A DNA stretch of 64,000 nucleotides from Limnothrix sp. BL-A-16 (GTDB lineage Bacteria > Cyanobacteriota > Cyanobacteriia > CACIAM-69d), in NCBI GenBank assembly GCA_041937175.2, contig CP166615.1, forward strand, positions 3,680,001 to 3,744,000, given 5' to 3'. The translations under genes and the position numbers were made by a program. Shown piece after piece: positions 50,016 to 62,249 of the stretch. The notes below the pieces were generated by a model. That model saw only the letters and a list, made by a program, of their open reading frames with translations, had not been told where the DNA came from and searched no databases. The first letter of the stretch is position 1. Each line of letters starts with the position of its first letter.

Positions 50016-52112
50016 ATGGCCGATCGTTTTGCCTATCCCACCAGCCGCACCGTTGACCAAGTGGACATCTACCACGGCGTTTCGGTGCCTGACCCCTACC
50101 GCTGGTTAGAAGATGCCAACGCGACCGAAACGGCCGATTGGATTGCCGCCCAAAACCAATTGACCTTTGATTATTTGGCGCAAATTCCGGCGCGATCGCC
50201 CATTTATGACCGGATGCTGCAACTTTGGGACTATGAAAAATTGAGCGTGCCTTGGAAGCGGGGCGATCGCTATTTTTATTACAAAAACGACGGTCTGCAA
50301 AATCAAAGCGTCTTGTATACGCTCGATCGCCTGGATGGGGAACCGCGCGTTTTGCTCGACCCGAATCAGCTTTCGGATGATGGCACAGTGGCCCTGTCAG
50401 GGATTGCCTTCACCCAGGATGGATCGTTGATGGCCTATGGCTTATCCACGGCGGGTTCCGATTGGCAAACTTGGCGAGTGCGACAGGTGGAAACCGGCGA
50501 AGATTTGCCCGATCGCCTGGATTGGGTGAAGTTTTCTGGCGCTTCCTGGACACCGGACAATCGCGGCTTTTTCTACAGTCGCTACGATGAACCCAGCGCA
50601 GAAAACCAGTTCCAAGATACGAACTATTTCCAGAAGCTTTACTATCACGAACTGGGAACCGAGCAAGCTGCCGATGTGTTGATTTATGAGCGACCCGATC
50701 AACCGGAATGGGGCTTTGGGGGCAGGGTCAGTGAGGATGGTTCCTATCTGTTGATTTCTGCTTGGAAGGGAACTGACGCAAAGAATTTGTTGTTTGTGAA
50801 AGATCTACGGCAACCGGATTCCCCCGTGCGGGAATTGGTAGACGATTGGGTCGGAGGGTTTGGATTTATTGATAACGATGGGGCGATCGGCTGGTTTGAA
50901 ACCAACTGGCAAGCGCCCATGGGTCGGGTGGTGGCGATCGACCTCGACGCAACCAGCACCGATTGGCAAGCCACGATCCAAGAAGTGATTCCCGAAGCAA
51001 CCGACAAGCTGGATGCGGTGTCCACCCTGAACGATGGGTTTGTGGTGGAATATTTGCAGGACGCGCGATCGACGGTGCAGTTTTTTAATTTGCAAGGGCA
51101 ATTCCAGTTTGAAATCGAGTTGCCGGGCATCGGTTCGATCGGGGGATTCCAGGGCAAACGGAGCGATCGGGAAACCTTCTATAGTTTCACCAGTTACACC
51201 ACCCCCACGCGCATTTATCGCTACGACTTTGCCAGCCAAACCAGTCAGCTTTTTCGAGAGCCAATGGTGGCGTTTAACCCGGACGATTACGAAACAAACC
51301 AGGTTTTCTATCGCAGCAAAGATGGTACGCAGATTCCGCTATTTATTAGCCATAAAAAGGGCTTAGATCTGACCGGCGATCACCCCACCATTCTCTATGG
51401 CTATGGTGGGTTCAATGTGTCCCTCACGCCTGTGTTTTCCGTATCCAATTTGGTGTGGATGGAAATGGGCGGCATCTACGCCGTTGCCAATCTGCGGGGT
51501 GGCGGAGAATATGGCGAAGCGTGGCATGAAGCGGGCACAAAACTACAAAAGCAAAATGTCTTTGATGACTTTATTGCTGCGGCGGAATGGCTGATTGCTA
51601 ATCAATATACTAAGCCTCAGCGGCTGGCGATTTCCGGTGGCAGTAATGGCGGTTTGTTGGTGGGGGCTTGCTTGATTCAGCGGCCCGATTTGTTTGGGGC
51701 AGCCCTGCCAGCGGTGGGGGTGATGGATATGCTGCGATTCCCGCAATTTACGATCGGTTGGGCCTGGTGTTCTGACTATGGATCGCCGGAAAACGAAGCG
51801 GAATTTCAGGCACTTTATGCCTATTCACCGCTGCATAATTTGCGATCGGGCACGGCTTATCCCGCCACTCTGGTTACTACCGGCGAACGGGACGATCGCG
51901 TGGTTCCCGCCCATAGTTTCAAGTTTACAGCGGCGTTACAAGCGGCCCAAAGTGGCGATGCACCGACCCTGATTCGGATTGAAACGAAAGCGGGTCATGG
52001 AGCCGGAAAACCCACCACCAAAATCGTGGAAGAAGCTAGCGATAAGTTGGCATTCTTGGTCAAAACTCTCGATTTTCAACCTCAGTTAGTCGCCCAGGTT
52101 GCTGAGGTCTAA
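50016..52112 (+). CDS. Prolyl oligopeptidase (S9A)
   Basis: DPYRWLE, YGYGGF, NLRGGGEYG, GGSNGGLL (Ser), DDRV (Asp), AGHG (His). Confidence 0.95.
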   Translation: MADRFAYPTSRTVDQVDIYHGVSVPDPYRWLEDANATETADWIAAQNQLTFDYLAQIPARSPIYDRMLQLWDYEKLSVPWKRGDRYFYYKNDGLQNQSVLYTLDRLDGEPRVLLDPNQLSDDGTVALSGIAFTQDGSLMAYGLSTAGSDWQTWRVRQVETGEDLPDRLDWVKFSGASWTPDNRGFFYSRYDEPSAENQFQDTNYFQKLYYHELGTEQAADVLIYERPDQPEWGFGGRVSEDGSYLLISAWKGTDAKNLLFVKDLRQPDSPVRELVDDWVGGFGFIDNDGAIGWFETNWQAPMGRVVAIDLDATSTDWQATIQEVIPEATDKLDAVSTLNDGFVVEYLQDARSTVQFFNLQGQFQFEIELPGIGSIGGFQGKRSDRETFYSFTSYTTPTRIYRYDFASQTSQLFREPMVAFNPDDYETNQVFYRSKDGTQIPLFISHKKGLDLTGDHPTILYGYGGFNVSLTPVFSVSNLVWMEMGGIYAVANLRGGGEYGEAWHEAGTKLQKQNVFDDFIAAAEWLIANQYTKPQRLAISGGSNGGLLVGACLIQRPDLFGAALPAVGVMDMLRFPQFTIGWAWCSDYGSPENEAEFQALYAYSPLHNLRSGTAYPATLVTTGERDDRVVPAHSFKFTAALQAAQSGDAPTLIRIETKAGHGAGKPTTKIVEEASDKLAFLVKTLDFQPQLVAQVAEV

Positions 52113-53506
52113 TGATGGGTGGGATGCCAACGGTGCGAGCTACCATGCGACCGATCGAAGCGGTTCCCACGGGTGAATTGTGCATCGATTCGCTACCGGA
52201 TTTGCTGTTGCATCAATCCACCTGGGGCGAGCCAACCACGGCGGAATTTCAAATTGAGATTCGCCATGCGGATCATCTCCAGCAACCCATCAATCTAGAT
52301 CAAGCGATCGCCCAGTTCTCTGACCTCTCACCCCGAGGCGGCAAGCTGACAGTGATGGCGCGATTGCTGCGGTTTTCTCTGGTCATTCCCACCTACGAAG
52401 AAGCTGAGAATATTGAGGCCCTGGTTCGATCTCTCGTGGTGATTTTGGATCAGGCCTTGCCGAATGATTACGAAATCATTGTGGTGGATGACAACAGCAC
52501 CGATCGCACCTGGAAAATTACCCAGGAATTAACCGCCGAGTTTCCCCAATTGCGGGTGCTTTGTCGTCACTATGAACGGGGATTGGCCACCGCCGTGATT
52601 CGCGGTTGGCAAGTGGCTAAGGGCGAAATTTTGGGCGTGATTGATGGCGATGGCCAACACGATGAACAACTGTTGCCAGAGATGGTGGCGCAAATTTTGG
52701 CCGGAGCCGATTTGGTGGCCGCCAGTCGCAATGATCCCGGCGGCGGCATCAGCGATTGGAGCCTGTGGCGACGGCTCACCTCTCGGGGTGCGCAAATTTT
52801 GGGGTTAGCCTTGTTGCCCGACGTGGTGGGGCGTGTGTCCGATCCCTTGAGTGGCTATTTTGTCCTGAAACGCAGCGCGATCGCCCAGAAAACTCTGAAC
52901 CCCCTGGGCTATAAAATCCTGATTGAAGTGTTAGCCAAAGGCGATTTTGGACGTGTCAAAACCCTCCCCTACGAATTTCGCGAGCGGCAATCGGGCGAAA
53001 CCAAAGTTACTTGGTATCACGCGATCGACTATTTAGCTCACCTACTGCGGCTACGGCTCGATCGCTTCCCGGTTCAGCGCTTTATCCGGTTTGGCATTGT
53101 CGGCTTCAGTGGAGTAATCGTAGACATGGCGGTGCTCTACGCCCTCAGCGACCCTAGCACCTTGGGTTGGGGGCTTACTCGCAGCAAAATTATTGCGGCG
53201 GAAGTGGCAATTTTGAATAATTTTTGGTGGAACGATCGCTGGACATTTCGGGACTTATCCCAACGTCAAACCGGCTTTCGTCGTCGCCTCGAACGCTTCT
53301 TAAAATTCAACTTAATTTGCTTAATGGGTCTGATTCTGAATGTTCTAATTTTGAATCTCGTTTTTAATGTGATTTTTGCGGGTCAATACCGTTATTTAGC
53401 CAACTTGATTGCGATCGGTTTGGTCACCTTCTGGAACTTTTGGCTGAATACCAAACTCAGTTGGCGGGTCACCGATCGCGATCGCACCGAACTCCCCAAT
53501 CCCTAA
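52112..53506 (+). CDS. GT2 polyprenol-phosphate glycosyltransferase (DPM1-like) fused to a GtrA domain
   Basis: VIPTYEE, VDDNS.D, DGDGQH, DPLSGYF, GYKIL; C-terminal 4-TM GtrA (FGIVG, WN.RWTF); start uncertain. Confidence 0.85.
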   Translation: MMGGMPTVRATMRPIEAVPTGELCIDSLPDLLLHQSTWGEPTTAEFQIEIRHADHLQQPINLDQAIAQFSDLSPRGGKLTVMARLLRFSLVIPTYEEAENIEALVRSLVVILDQALPNDYEIIVVDDNSTDRTWKITQELTAEFPQLRVLCRHYERGLATAVIRGWQVAKGEILGVIDGDGQHDEQLLPEMVAQILAGADLVAASRNDPGGGISDWSLWRRLTSRGAQILGLALLPDVVGRVSDPLSGYFVLKRSAIAQKTLNPLGYKILIEVLAKGDFGRVKTLPYEFRERQSGETKVTWYHAIDYLAHLLRLRLDRFPVQRFIRFGIVGFSGVIVDMAVLYALSDPSTLGWGLTRSKIIAAEVAILNNFWWNDRWTFRDLSQRQTGFRRRLERFLKFNLICLMGLILNVLILNLVFNVIFAGQYRYLANLIAIGLVTFWNFWLNTKLSWRVTDRDRTELPNP

Positions 53507-53523
53507 ATTACCCAACCACTAGA

Positions 53524-53611
53524 CAAGGGGCTTAAGCCCCTTGCCCCCCACGATCCGCTAACAGTAGATCCAGGGTTTTAGGCACAATGACGACAGGCCC
53601 TAAGCTCCTTG
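53524..53611. mobile_element. Half copy of the 26.7-kb MITE family
   Basis: Palindrome 53524-53543, arm homologous to 26967-27034, TIR TGACGACAGGCCC ending at 53600, then TAAGCTCCTTG. Confidence 0.65.
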
Positions 53612-53632
53612 CCCCATCCCCCCAAGCACCCC

Positions 53633-54295
53633 ATGAAGCCTCCTAAAAAACGTTGGATTGTGCTGCTGCTGTTCTTTTGCCTCGGGGCGATCGGGGCAAT
53701 GTTTTACAGCTTGGGCATGATTGATATCGAACGGCTACGCACCCAAATTGGGGGCACGGGTTGGCTCGCACCATTGGTGTATATGGTGGTCTATCTTGCC
53801 GTCACCATGCTGATGCTACCCTCAACGGCTTTAAACCTTTTGGGGGGCGCATTATTCGGCTCGATTTGGGGCACAATTTGGACGAGCTTGGCGGCTATTT
53901 TGGCGGCGATCGCTTCCTTTTATCTCAGTCGTTGGTTAGCTCGGCCCGCCTTTGAGCGTCGCCTCGCCGATCGCTGGCAAGAAATGGATCAAGAAATTCG
54001 CCGCCACGGCTTTGCCTATATGCTTGCCGTGCGTTTGCTGCCGATTTTGCCCTACGGTTTGGCGAACTACACCGCCGGTTTAACTTCCGTGCGATTTCGG
54101 GATTATTTGATCGCCACCATTGCGGGTACGGGCCCCGGCGTATTTTTATTTGTGCAATTGGGCAGCTCCGGCACTGAAGCCATTAGCCGAGGGCAATTTT
54201 TGCCCCTGAGTTTGACCCTCGGGGCGATCGGGCTGCTGATCATTGGGGCCACTTGGTATAACCATCGGTTGGCACGCTTGGCGGGGCGCGAATAA
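53633..54295 (+). CDS. TVP38/TMEM64 (DedA superfamily) membrane protein
   Basis: LP...L.L.GG.LFG, RLLPILP, NY.AGLT, F.DY. Confidence 0.9.
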   Translation: MKPPKKRWIVLLLFFCLGAIGAMFYSLGMIDIERLRTQIGGTGWLAPLVYMVVYLAVTMLMLPSTALNLLGGALFGSIWGTIWTSLAAILAAIASFYLSRWLARPAFERRLADRWQEMDQEIRRHGFAYMLAVRLLPILPYGLANYTAGLTSVRFRDYLIATIAGTGPGVFLFVQLGSSGTEAISRGQFLPLSLTLGAIGLLIIGATWYNHRLARLAGRE

Positions 54296-54478
54296 TTCGG
54301 CTGGGGCCGATCGATCACCCCCAAGCGGTATCCTGAGGCAAATATCGGCGGGAATAGGCTGAAACCATCGCCTAGTCTAGGCTTGGCATTAACCGAGCCT
54401 TAATCTACATCGGGCGATCGCCCGTCTTGTGCCGCTGGCCCCTTGCCCATTTTGTCCCTGTTGCCCCGCACGGAACCT

Positions 54479-55609
54479 ATGCGAATTGCGCTGTTTACCG
54501 AAACCTTTTTGCCCAAAATTGATGGGATCGTGACCCGTCTGCGCCACACGATCGATCACCTGCAAAAAATGGGCGATGAGGTACTAATCGTCACGCCCGA
54601 TTTGGGTTTACAGGATTACAACGGCTCAAAAGTTTTCGGGGTTTCGGGGTTTCCGCTGCCGCAATATCCTGAGCTAAAAATCGCCCTGCCACGCCCGGCC
54701 ATTGGTCGCGAACTGGATCATTTTCGGCCCGATTTAATTCATGTGGTTAACCCGGCTGTCGTCGGTTTGGGCGGCATTTATTACGCCAAAACTCGTCAAT
54801 TGCCCCTCGTGGCTTCCTATCACACGCACCTACCCCAATACCTCCAACATTACGGATTGGGAATGCTAGAAGGTTTGCTCTGGGAATTGCTAAAAACCGC
54901 CCACAATCTAGCAGAAATTAACCTTTGCACCTCCACCGCCATGGTGCAGCAACTGAGCGACCATGGCATTGAGCGCACCGCCCTTTGGCAGCGGGGCGTA
55001 GACACGGACAGCTTCACGCCCGATCGCGCCACCGCCGAAATGCGCGACTTCCTCAGCCAAGGCCACCCAGACGCGCCCCTGTTGATTTACATCGGTCGCC
55101 TGTCCGCTGAAAAAGAGGTCGATCGGATCCGGCCCGTGCTCGAATCAATTCCCGGCGCGCGGCTTGCCCTCGTGGGTGACGGCCCCTACCGCGCCGAACT
55201 GGAGGAATTTTTTGCCGGAACTAACACCCACTTTGTCGGTTACCTACGCGGCCTGGAGCTGGCCGCCGCCTATGCCAGCGCCGATGCATTCATCTTCCCT
55301 TCGCGCACGGAAACCCTTGGTCTGGTGCTGTTGGAAGCGATGGCGGCCGGTTGTCCCGTGGTGGCGGCCAATGCGGGCGGCATCCCCGATATCGTCACCG
55401 ACGGCGTAAATGGCTTCCTCTTTGACCCCACCGATGAGCAAGGGGCCGTCACTGCCACCCAGCGCCTGTTTGCCGACCCCAGCCAGCGAGCTGATCTGCG
55501 ATCGGCCGCGCGGGCCGAGGCTGAACGCTGGGGCTGGGCCGCCGCCACCCGCCAACTGAAGGACTATTACTACGGAATCTTGAGCATGAGTCAGCGACAG
55601 GCGGCTTAG
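54479..55609 (+). CDS. sqdX: Sulfoquinovosyltransferase (GT4)
   Basis: MRIALFTETFLPKIDGIVTRL, ASYHTH, WQRGVD, GRLSAEK, ETLGLV.LEAMA. Confidence 0.85.
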   Translation: MRIALFTETFLPKIDGIVTRLRHTIDHLQKMGDEVLIVTPDLGLQDYNGSKVFGVSGFPLPQYPELKIALPRPAIGRELDHFRPDLIHVVNPAVVGLGGIYYAKTRQLPLVASYHTHLPQYLQHYGLGMLEGLLWELLKTAHNLAEINLCTSTAMVQQLSDHGIERTALWQRGVDTDSFTPDRATAEMRDFLSQGHPDAPLLIYIGRLSAEKEVDRIRPVLESIPGARLALVGDGPYRAELEEFFAGTNTHFVGYLRGLELAAAYASADAFIFPSRTETLGLVLLEAMAAGCPVVAANAGGIPDIVTDGVNGFLFDPTDEQGAVTATQRLFADPSQRADLRSAARAEAERWGWAAATRQLKDYYYGILSMSQRQAA

Positions 55610-55715
55610 GCTGAAATGGCATCCCCTAGCCGGACGATTGCCCCCACTGGCTGACTGAGCACTGTTGCATAACCTTTGAATTACCGTCCTAACGCAGCGT
55701 CCTAACCTCTCAACC

Positions 55716-56615
<900 letters not shown>

Positions 56616-56676
56616 CGCAGCACCCACCGAGCAAAAGATCCTGATCGATCGGCTGAATGGGTTAATCCACGGCTTG

Positions 56677-57579
56677 TTAGTAATGGGCCTGGCCATCCGG
56701 GCCGATCGCCCCCGTCCAAACCACCGCCCGAGTGTTGGCCTGGGACAAATCCGCATCAATCAACACCGCCCCCCGCAGCACAGCACTGCTGAAATTCGTC
56801 CATTGCAAGCGAGCCTGAAACAAATTGGCATCGCTCAAATCCGCTTGGCGCAACGTTGACCAACTGAGATTGGTTTCCCGCAAATTGCCCTTCAGCAGTT
56901 TGGCCGCCGTGAAATCCGCCCCGATCGCCTTGGCTCGCCGCAGGTCGCAACTGGACAAATCCGCCGCCAAAAACACCGTGCTACTGGCATAAACCTCCAG
57001 CAACATCGCCCCCACCAACACCGAATCTGAAAAATTGGCCTTGGTCAAATTGGCCCGCGTCAGGTTCGCCTTGGTCAAATTGGCTTCCGTGAGCTTGGCG
57101 TGGTGCAACGTGGCCTCTCGCATGTTGGCCCCTTCCAGGTTGGCCTGATGCAAATCCGCTTCACTGAGATTGGACTCTATCAACACCGCTTCCCGCAAAT
57201 TCGCACCGACCAACTTGGTGGCCCGCATGGAGCAACCGGACAAATTGGCCCGATCGCCCAAATCCACGCCGCTCAAATCCGCCCCAATGCAGTTCGCATT
57301 CACCAAATTGGCTCCCCGCAATGACGCATCCCGCAACTTCACCTCGCGGAGATTAATCCCACGCCATTGCACATGATTCGCCTCCACGCTCAGTAAACGC
57401 GCTTCCCGCAGGTTTCCCTCTTCCAAATTGGAGCCAGACAACTTAGCCCCTGATAAATCCGCCCCTTGGAGCGAAATACCGGGCAACAGGGCCCCACTGA
57501 GATCCGCCGATGACAAATCAACGCGGTCAAAATCTCGCTCTCCGGCTGCGTAGCGTTCGAGCAATTCGCTAACTTCCAT
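56677..57579 (-). CDS. Pentapeptide repeat protein
   Basis: ELL.RY.AGERDF start followed by continuous A(D/N)LXX repeats. Confidence 0.95.
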   Translation of the reverse strand: MEVSELLERYAAGERDFDRVDLSSADLSGALLPGISLQGADLSGAKLSGSNLEEGNLREARLLSVEANHVQWRGINLREVKLRDASLRGANLVNANCIGADLSGVDLGDRANLSGCSMRATKLVGANLREAVLIESNLSEADLHQANLEGANMREATLHHAKLTEANLTKANLTRANLTKANFSDSVLVGAMLLEVYASSTVFLAADLSSCDLRRAKAIGADFTAAKLLKGNLRETNLSWSTLRQADLSDANLFQARLQWTNFSSAVLRGAVLIDADLSQANTRAVVWTGAIGPDGQAHY

Positions 57580-58004
57580 GGGGGAGCCTCATCACGGACT
57601 TCAATGCTGCTGTTGGGGGGATATGAACAATCCACATTTCAATCGTCCTCAAAATCCCCCGAAGGACTGGGGCAGAGATTTCAACACCAGCTCAGCAATT
57701 CAGCAGTTCTAGCAATTTCACAGAGCCATTCAAAACCAATTCACACCCCGGCTCTTCGGCCCCAGCGACTGGGCCAATCAAGGACAGGGCCAACCAGCGA
57801 CATGGCGAAATGACTAGGCGATCGGGATTTTGTTTGGGCTGCGATCGTAACCATGCTGATTTTACACCTCGGCTCAGGGTCGCTCCTGACAGGACGGGGC
57901 TTGCACCCCCGACGGCCGCCAACGATATGGCCAGTCCCACCCGATTACATCGCCCATCTTCAGCTTTTTGTCCCGGTGAATCTACCCACAGCCCAGAACG
58001 ATCA

Positions 58005-58018
58005 GTATCGCTAGATAC
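58005..58018. promoter_or_regulatory. Putative NtcA-binding site upstream of amt
   Basis: GTA-TCGCTAGA-TAC matches GTA-N8-TAC; about 370 bp upstream of an ammonium transporter, a known NtcA target class. Confidence 0.65.
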
Positions 58019-58389
58019 AGAACGATACTCGACAAAATTGATGCAATTGCCTGTGTTTAAAGCAAGTCCACGTCGATCGACAATTGCTGCATCAAGAGAC
58101 TGTCTTGGATTGCAGTCTAGCTTTCATTGAGTCCCTGTCAAACCCTGGGGCAAACCACTCCCAAAGGCGATGCATCTGCAAAAGGCGGCCAGTCCGATCG
58201 GGTCAGCCTGTGGAGCAAATGAAGCCAACTTCGCCGCGATGGAGCAGGAAGCTTCCTGATTCCCCCATTCGTGAGCGAATCGCAGCAATTGTTAGAGAAG
58301 GAGTGATGGTCTTAGTTTTAACCAGTCAGCAACCGCCCTGTCTCTGAACCATCCATATCAACATCAACCCCTATAGGAACCGTTAGTCT

Positions 58390-59934
58390 ATGGCTAGGCT
58401 CAAGTTCTCGGGTCGCCGTAAGGGGCATTCGCGCTCCCTTAACGAGGGCACCGATCGATCCATTGACCAGATCCTGAATGCCGGGCGATCGTTCTTTCAC
58501 GACGTATTCGGTCGCCGCACTTCCCTCGGTTGGTTAGCCTGTATTCCTCTGGCCGCCGTGATTGTGGCCACCTGGAACCTGGCTGCCCATGCCGCCGAAC
58601 CCATCAAACCGGAGGACGTTCAGGGCCTGCTGAACATGACCTGGGTTCTAGTGGGAGCCATCCTCGTGATCTTCATGAACGCGGGCTTCTGCATGTTGGA
58701 AACGGGCTTCTGTCGTCAGAAGAACGCCGTTAACGTTCTGACCAAGAACCTGATTGTATTTGCCCTGGCTACCTTGGCCTTCTGGGCTTTGGGCTATGGT
58801 TTCATGTTTGCCCAAGGCAATAACGTGATTGGCACGACGGGCTTCTTCCTGTCGGGAACGCCCGAAACCTACGGCATTGAAGCAACGGGGCTGCCGGTCT
58901 CGCTGCACTTCCTCTTCCAAGTTGCCTTTGCGGGCACTGCCGCCACGATCGTGTCCGGTGCGGTGGCTGAGCGGGTGAAGTTCGTGGACTTCTTGATCTT
59001 TAGCTTGCTGCTGGTTGGGGTGTCCTACGCCATCACGGGCCGTTGGATTTGGAGCGGCACGGGCGGTTGGCTGTTCAACATGGGCTTCCGCGACTTCGCT
59101 GGGTCAACGGCGGTACACTCCGTCGGTGGTTGGGCAGCGCTGATGGGTGCTTCGATTCTGGGGCCCCGGATGGGCAAATATGACAACGGCCAACCCCGCG
59201 CCATCCCTGGCCACAATATGAGCATTGCCACCCTGGGCTGCTTGATTCTGTGGGTTTGCTGGTTTGGGTTTAACGGCGCTTCCACCCTGGCCGTGAATGC
59301 GGCCGTGCCTTACATTGCCGTGACCACGAACTTGGCTGCAGCAGCGGGTGGCGTAACCGCCACGTTCACGTCCTGGTGGCTGTCGGGCAAGCCGGATCTG
59401 TCGATGGTGATCAACGGCATCCTGGCTGGCTTGGTGGGCATCACGGCGGGTTGCAACGTGGTTGACTACCCCGGTTCTGTGTTGATTGGTGGCATTGCCG
59501 GGATTCTGGTGGTGCTGTCGGTGGGCTTCTTTGACTCGGTGCTGAAGGTGGATGACCCGGTGGGTGCAACCTCGGTGCACTTGGTCTGCGGTGTTTGGGG
59601 CACGCTGGCGGTCGGTCTGTTCAGCATTGGTAAGGATGCAACGGGTGCGGATGCGGCTGGTTTGGGCCTGTTCTATGGTGGTGGTTTGACCCAGTTGGGC
59701 ATCCAGTTCTTGGGCGTTGCCATTGCTGGTGGGGTGACGGTGCTGCTGTCTACCATCTTCTGGTACGTGCTGAATGCGTTTGGTGGCATCCGTGTTTCGC
59801 CGGAGGAAGAGGCAATCGGTCTCGATATTGGCGAGCACGGCATGGAGGCCTACAGCGGCTTTGTGAAGGACAACACCTCGATCGGCCCCACGGGTACGGC
59901 GGCGATGGGTGTTTCGGATCAAACCGCATCCTAG
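58390..59934 (+). CDS. amt: Ammonium transporter (Amt1 type)
   Basis: FMNAGF, SGAVAER, DFAGST.VH, WFGFN, DDPVGA.SVH, GLD..EHG. Confidence 0.95.
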   Translation: MARLKFSGRRKGHSRSLNEGTDRSIDQILNAGRSFFHDVFGRRTSLGWLACIPLAAVIVATWNLAAHAAEPIKPEDVQGLLNMTWVLVGAILVIFMNAGFCMLETGFCRQKNAVNVLTKNLIVFALATLAFWALGYGFMFAQGNNVIGTTGFFLSGTPETYGIEATGLPVSLHFLFQVAFAGTAATIVSGAVAERVKFVDFLIFSLLLVGVSYAITGRWIWSGTGGWLFNMGFRDFAGSTAVHSVGGWAALMGASILGPRMGKYDNGQPRAIPGHNMSIATLGCLILWVCWFGFNGASTLAVNAAVPYIAVTTNLAAAAGGVTATFTSWWLSGKPDLSMVINGILAGLVGITAGCNVVDYPGSVLIGGIAGILVVLSVGFFDSVLKVDDPVGATSVHLVCGVWGTLAVGLFSIGKDATGADAAGLGLFYGGGLTQLGIQFLGVAIAGGVTVLLSTIFWYVLNAFGGIRVSPEEEAIGLDIGEHGMEAYSGFVKDNTSIGPTGTAAMGVSDQTAS

Positions 59935-60132
59935 GAAAAAGCCTCGGTACTGGGCCTGGGTCGGGTAACGATGATTTTCATGGTTTTCACGACTTTGGCC
60001 ACTTGCTGAGTCAGGATGCGACTGATTACCACAGGTGTTCAATGACACAGGAGGGGGCGATCGCCCTCTTTTGTGTTTAGGGATGTTTTTTTTGCGGCCA
60101 AAGTTCGCTAGAGTTCTTAGTGAATTGGTCTT

Positions 60133-61404
60133 TTGGCGATGGATGCAAGGCCAACGGAGCCGGTTAGGGCCGGTTGGCTTGCACCAAGGCAGGGTCACCA
60201 CAACGTTTCAGGGCAAATCGTGTTTTCTCGATCGCGTGCTCGACGAACAGGAATTTTTGGCCGCTCGATTGGCTGGTCACGCCGATCGAGTGGTTTCTCA
60301 CCGTCTAAGCCCCGCGCTCCTTGGTGGGTCAAATGGTCTCTGTGGGGCAATGGATTATTAGCCGTGGCCTTTTTGGTGGTTGTCACGGGTCTAGACCGTG
60401 CGGCGGCCAAGGCCATTGCCCAAGCGATTGACCAGATTCAGCAAACCCAAGAGTCTTTGGAGCGATCGCCCACCAGGGCTGTGGCGGCAACGGTTACCAC
60501 TCCGAAGCGATCGCCCGTCGCGGCCACCAGTTATGAAGGATGGGTGGCTCGGCGGCGGCAGGAGGCCAATGCGATGGCCCTGCGACGGCCCGCCCGGTTA
60601 GCGGTGTTGGTGGGCGATTCCTTAACCCTGGCCTTTCCGTCCCGTCTGTTGCCGGCGGGAACCACTTGGCTGAATCAAGGCATCTCTGGGGATACGACCC
60701 GGTTGTTGTTGCAGCGCTTGGATGGGTTGGCACGCCTGCAACCGGAGGTGATTTTTGTGGCGATCGGGATTAATGACCTGATGCAAGGGGTCAGTGATGA
60801 CACGATCGTGGAAAATCACCGGGCCATTACCCAGGAATTGCGCCGGGCCCATCCGAATTCGCGGATTGTGTTGCAAAGCCTGTTGCCCCATCGCGGGGCT
60901 AGCTCCACTTGGGAAGGCCGGGCCCGCCTGCAACAGGCCACACTCGATCGAATCAAGCGCATTAACCGCCGGTTGAACCAGGTAGCCCGGGATGAGCGGG
61001 TGGGCTTCTTGGATTTGTTTCCGATGTTCATCGATCCGCAGGGCAATCTACACCCAGATCTCACCACCGACGGTCTGCACTTGAGCGATCGGGGCTATTT
61101 GGTTTGGCGGGCGGCCCTGGATTCTTTCTTGCAACTGTCGCGATCGGGCGCGGCGGGGTTAACCGTCACACCGCGACCCGCCGAAGAAAACCGGGCCGGG
61201 GCCCAGCGATTGACCGATTCCGACAACCGGAACGTGGCAACTCCGAGCGATCGCCCTTCCCCCACGCCCAAGGCCTCACCGGCCGATCGCAAACCGTCCA
61301 GCAGTAGCGCTGCGCCCGCCAATCGTCCGGCTGAGTCGCCCGATCGGGCCCGCAACACCAACCGGCGCGAAGCACCCGCCACCACCGACGACCAGCGCCC
61401 CTAA
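60133..61404 (+). CDS. SGNH/GDSL hydrolase with N-terminal membrane anchor
   Basis: GDSLT, NQGISGD, IGINDL, DGLHL; start uncertain. Confidence 0.85.
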   Translation: MAMDARPTEPVRAGWLAPRQGHHNVSGQIVFSRSRARRTGIFGRSIGWSRRSSGFSPSKPRAPWWVKWSLWGNGLLAVAFLVVVTGLDRAAAKAIAQAIDQIQQTQESLERSPTRAVAATVTTPKRSPVAATSYEGWVARRRQEANAMALRRPARLAVLVGDSLTLAFPSRLLPAGTTWLNQGISGDTTRLLLQRLDGLARLQPEVIFVAIGINDLMQGVSDDTIVENHRAITQELRRAHPNSRIVLQSLLPHRGASSTWEGRARLQQATLDRIKRINRRLNQVARDERVGFLDLFPMFIDPQGNLHPDLTTDGLHLSDRGYLVWRAALDSFLQLSRSGAAGLTVTPRPAEENRAGAQRLTDSDNRNVATPSDRPSPTPKASPADRKPSSSSAAPANRPAESPDRARNTNRREAPATTDDQRP

Positions 61405-61483
61405 GGCCGTAAGATATTCACCAACTCACCAGCCAGACGGGCAACGACCAGGCCACGGGTAACCAGGCCATGCACAGAACGCC

Positions 61484-62209
61484 ATGCACAAATTGATTAA
61501 AGGCTTGCGGCAGTTTCAGCAAGATTACTTCGCTTCCCATCAAAAGCTGTTTGAAGAGCTGGCCCATGGGCAAAAACCGCGTGTACTCTTCATCTCTTGT
61601 TCTGACTCCCGCGTTGACCCGGAACTGATTACCCAATCGGATCCTGGCGAAATTTTCGTGATCCGCAATGCCGGCAACATCGTTCCCCCCTATGGCGCGG
61701 CCAACGGCGGTGAAGGAGCCACGATCGAATATGCGATCGAAGCCTTGGGGGTGAGTGAAATTGTTGTTTGCGGCCATTCCCACTGCGGGGCCATGAAAGG
61801 CCTGCTCAAGATCAAAGAGCTGGAAGACAAAATGCCCCTGGTCAGCCGCTGGCTAGAACATGCGGAAGCAACACGCCAGGTGGTTTTGCAAAACTACAGC
61901 CCCTGTAGTGGTGAAGATTTGCTGGAAATTACGGTGGCCGAAAACGTGCTCACCCAAATTGACAACCTGCGCACCTACCCCTGTGTGCGAGCCAAGCTGA
62001 ACCAGGGTAGCTTGCGGCTCCATGCTTGGGTTTATGAAATCGAAACGGGTCGAATCTATGCCTACGACCCCCAAACCCAGGAATATGTGGAGCCGGAAAG
62101 GGCCTGGAACCGGCCCACGCCGGCCCTGACCTTACCTCAGCGCCAAGCCCAAGCCTGTGCCTGGTTGCCGCCGGAGCAGTCGGAGCGAATTTATCGCGGC
62201 GCACGCTAG
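61484..62209 (+). CDS. ccaA: Beta-class carbonic anhydrase, carboxysomal CcaA type
   Basis: CSDSR, RNAGN, GHSHCGAM; C-terminal WLPPEQ.ERIYRG characteristic of CcaA. Confidence 0.88.
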   Translation: MHKLIKGLRQFQQDYFASHQKLFEELAHGQKPRVLFISCSDSRVDPELITQSDPGEIFVIRNAGNIVPPYGAANGGEGATIEYAIEALGVSEIVVCGHSHCGAMKGLLKIKELEDKMPLVSRWLEHAEATRQVVLQNYSPCSGEDLLEITVAENVLTQIDNLRTYPCVRAKLNQGSLRLHAWVYEIETGRIYAYDPQTQEYVEPERAWNRPTPALTLPQRQAQACAWLPPEQSERIYRGAR

Positions 62210-62249
62210 GGCCCGCTGTCCAATCGCCTGAAACCCTGATTGCACAGTA

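Noticed and set aside
57580..58389. Possible glutamine riboswitch upstream of amt
   Set aside because: No recognisable glnA-motif structure by eye; only the NtcA-like box is supportable, and an Rfam scan would be needed
59104..60201. 365-aa minus-strand ORF
   Set aside because: Mostly antisense to amt; no domain features
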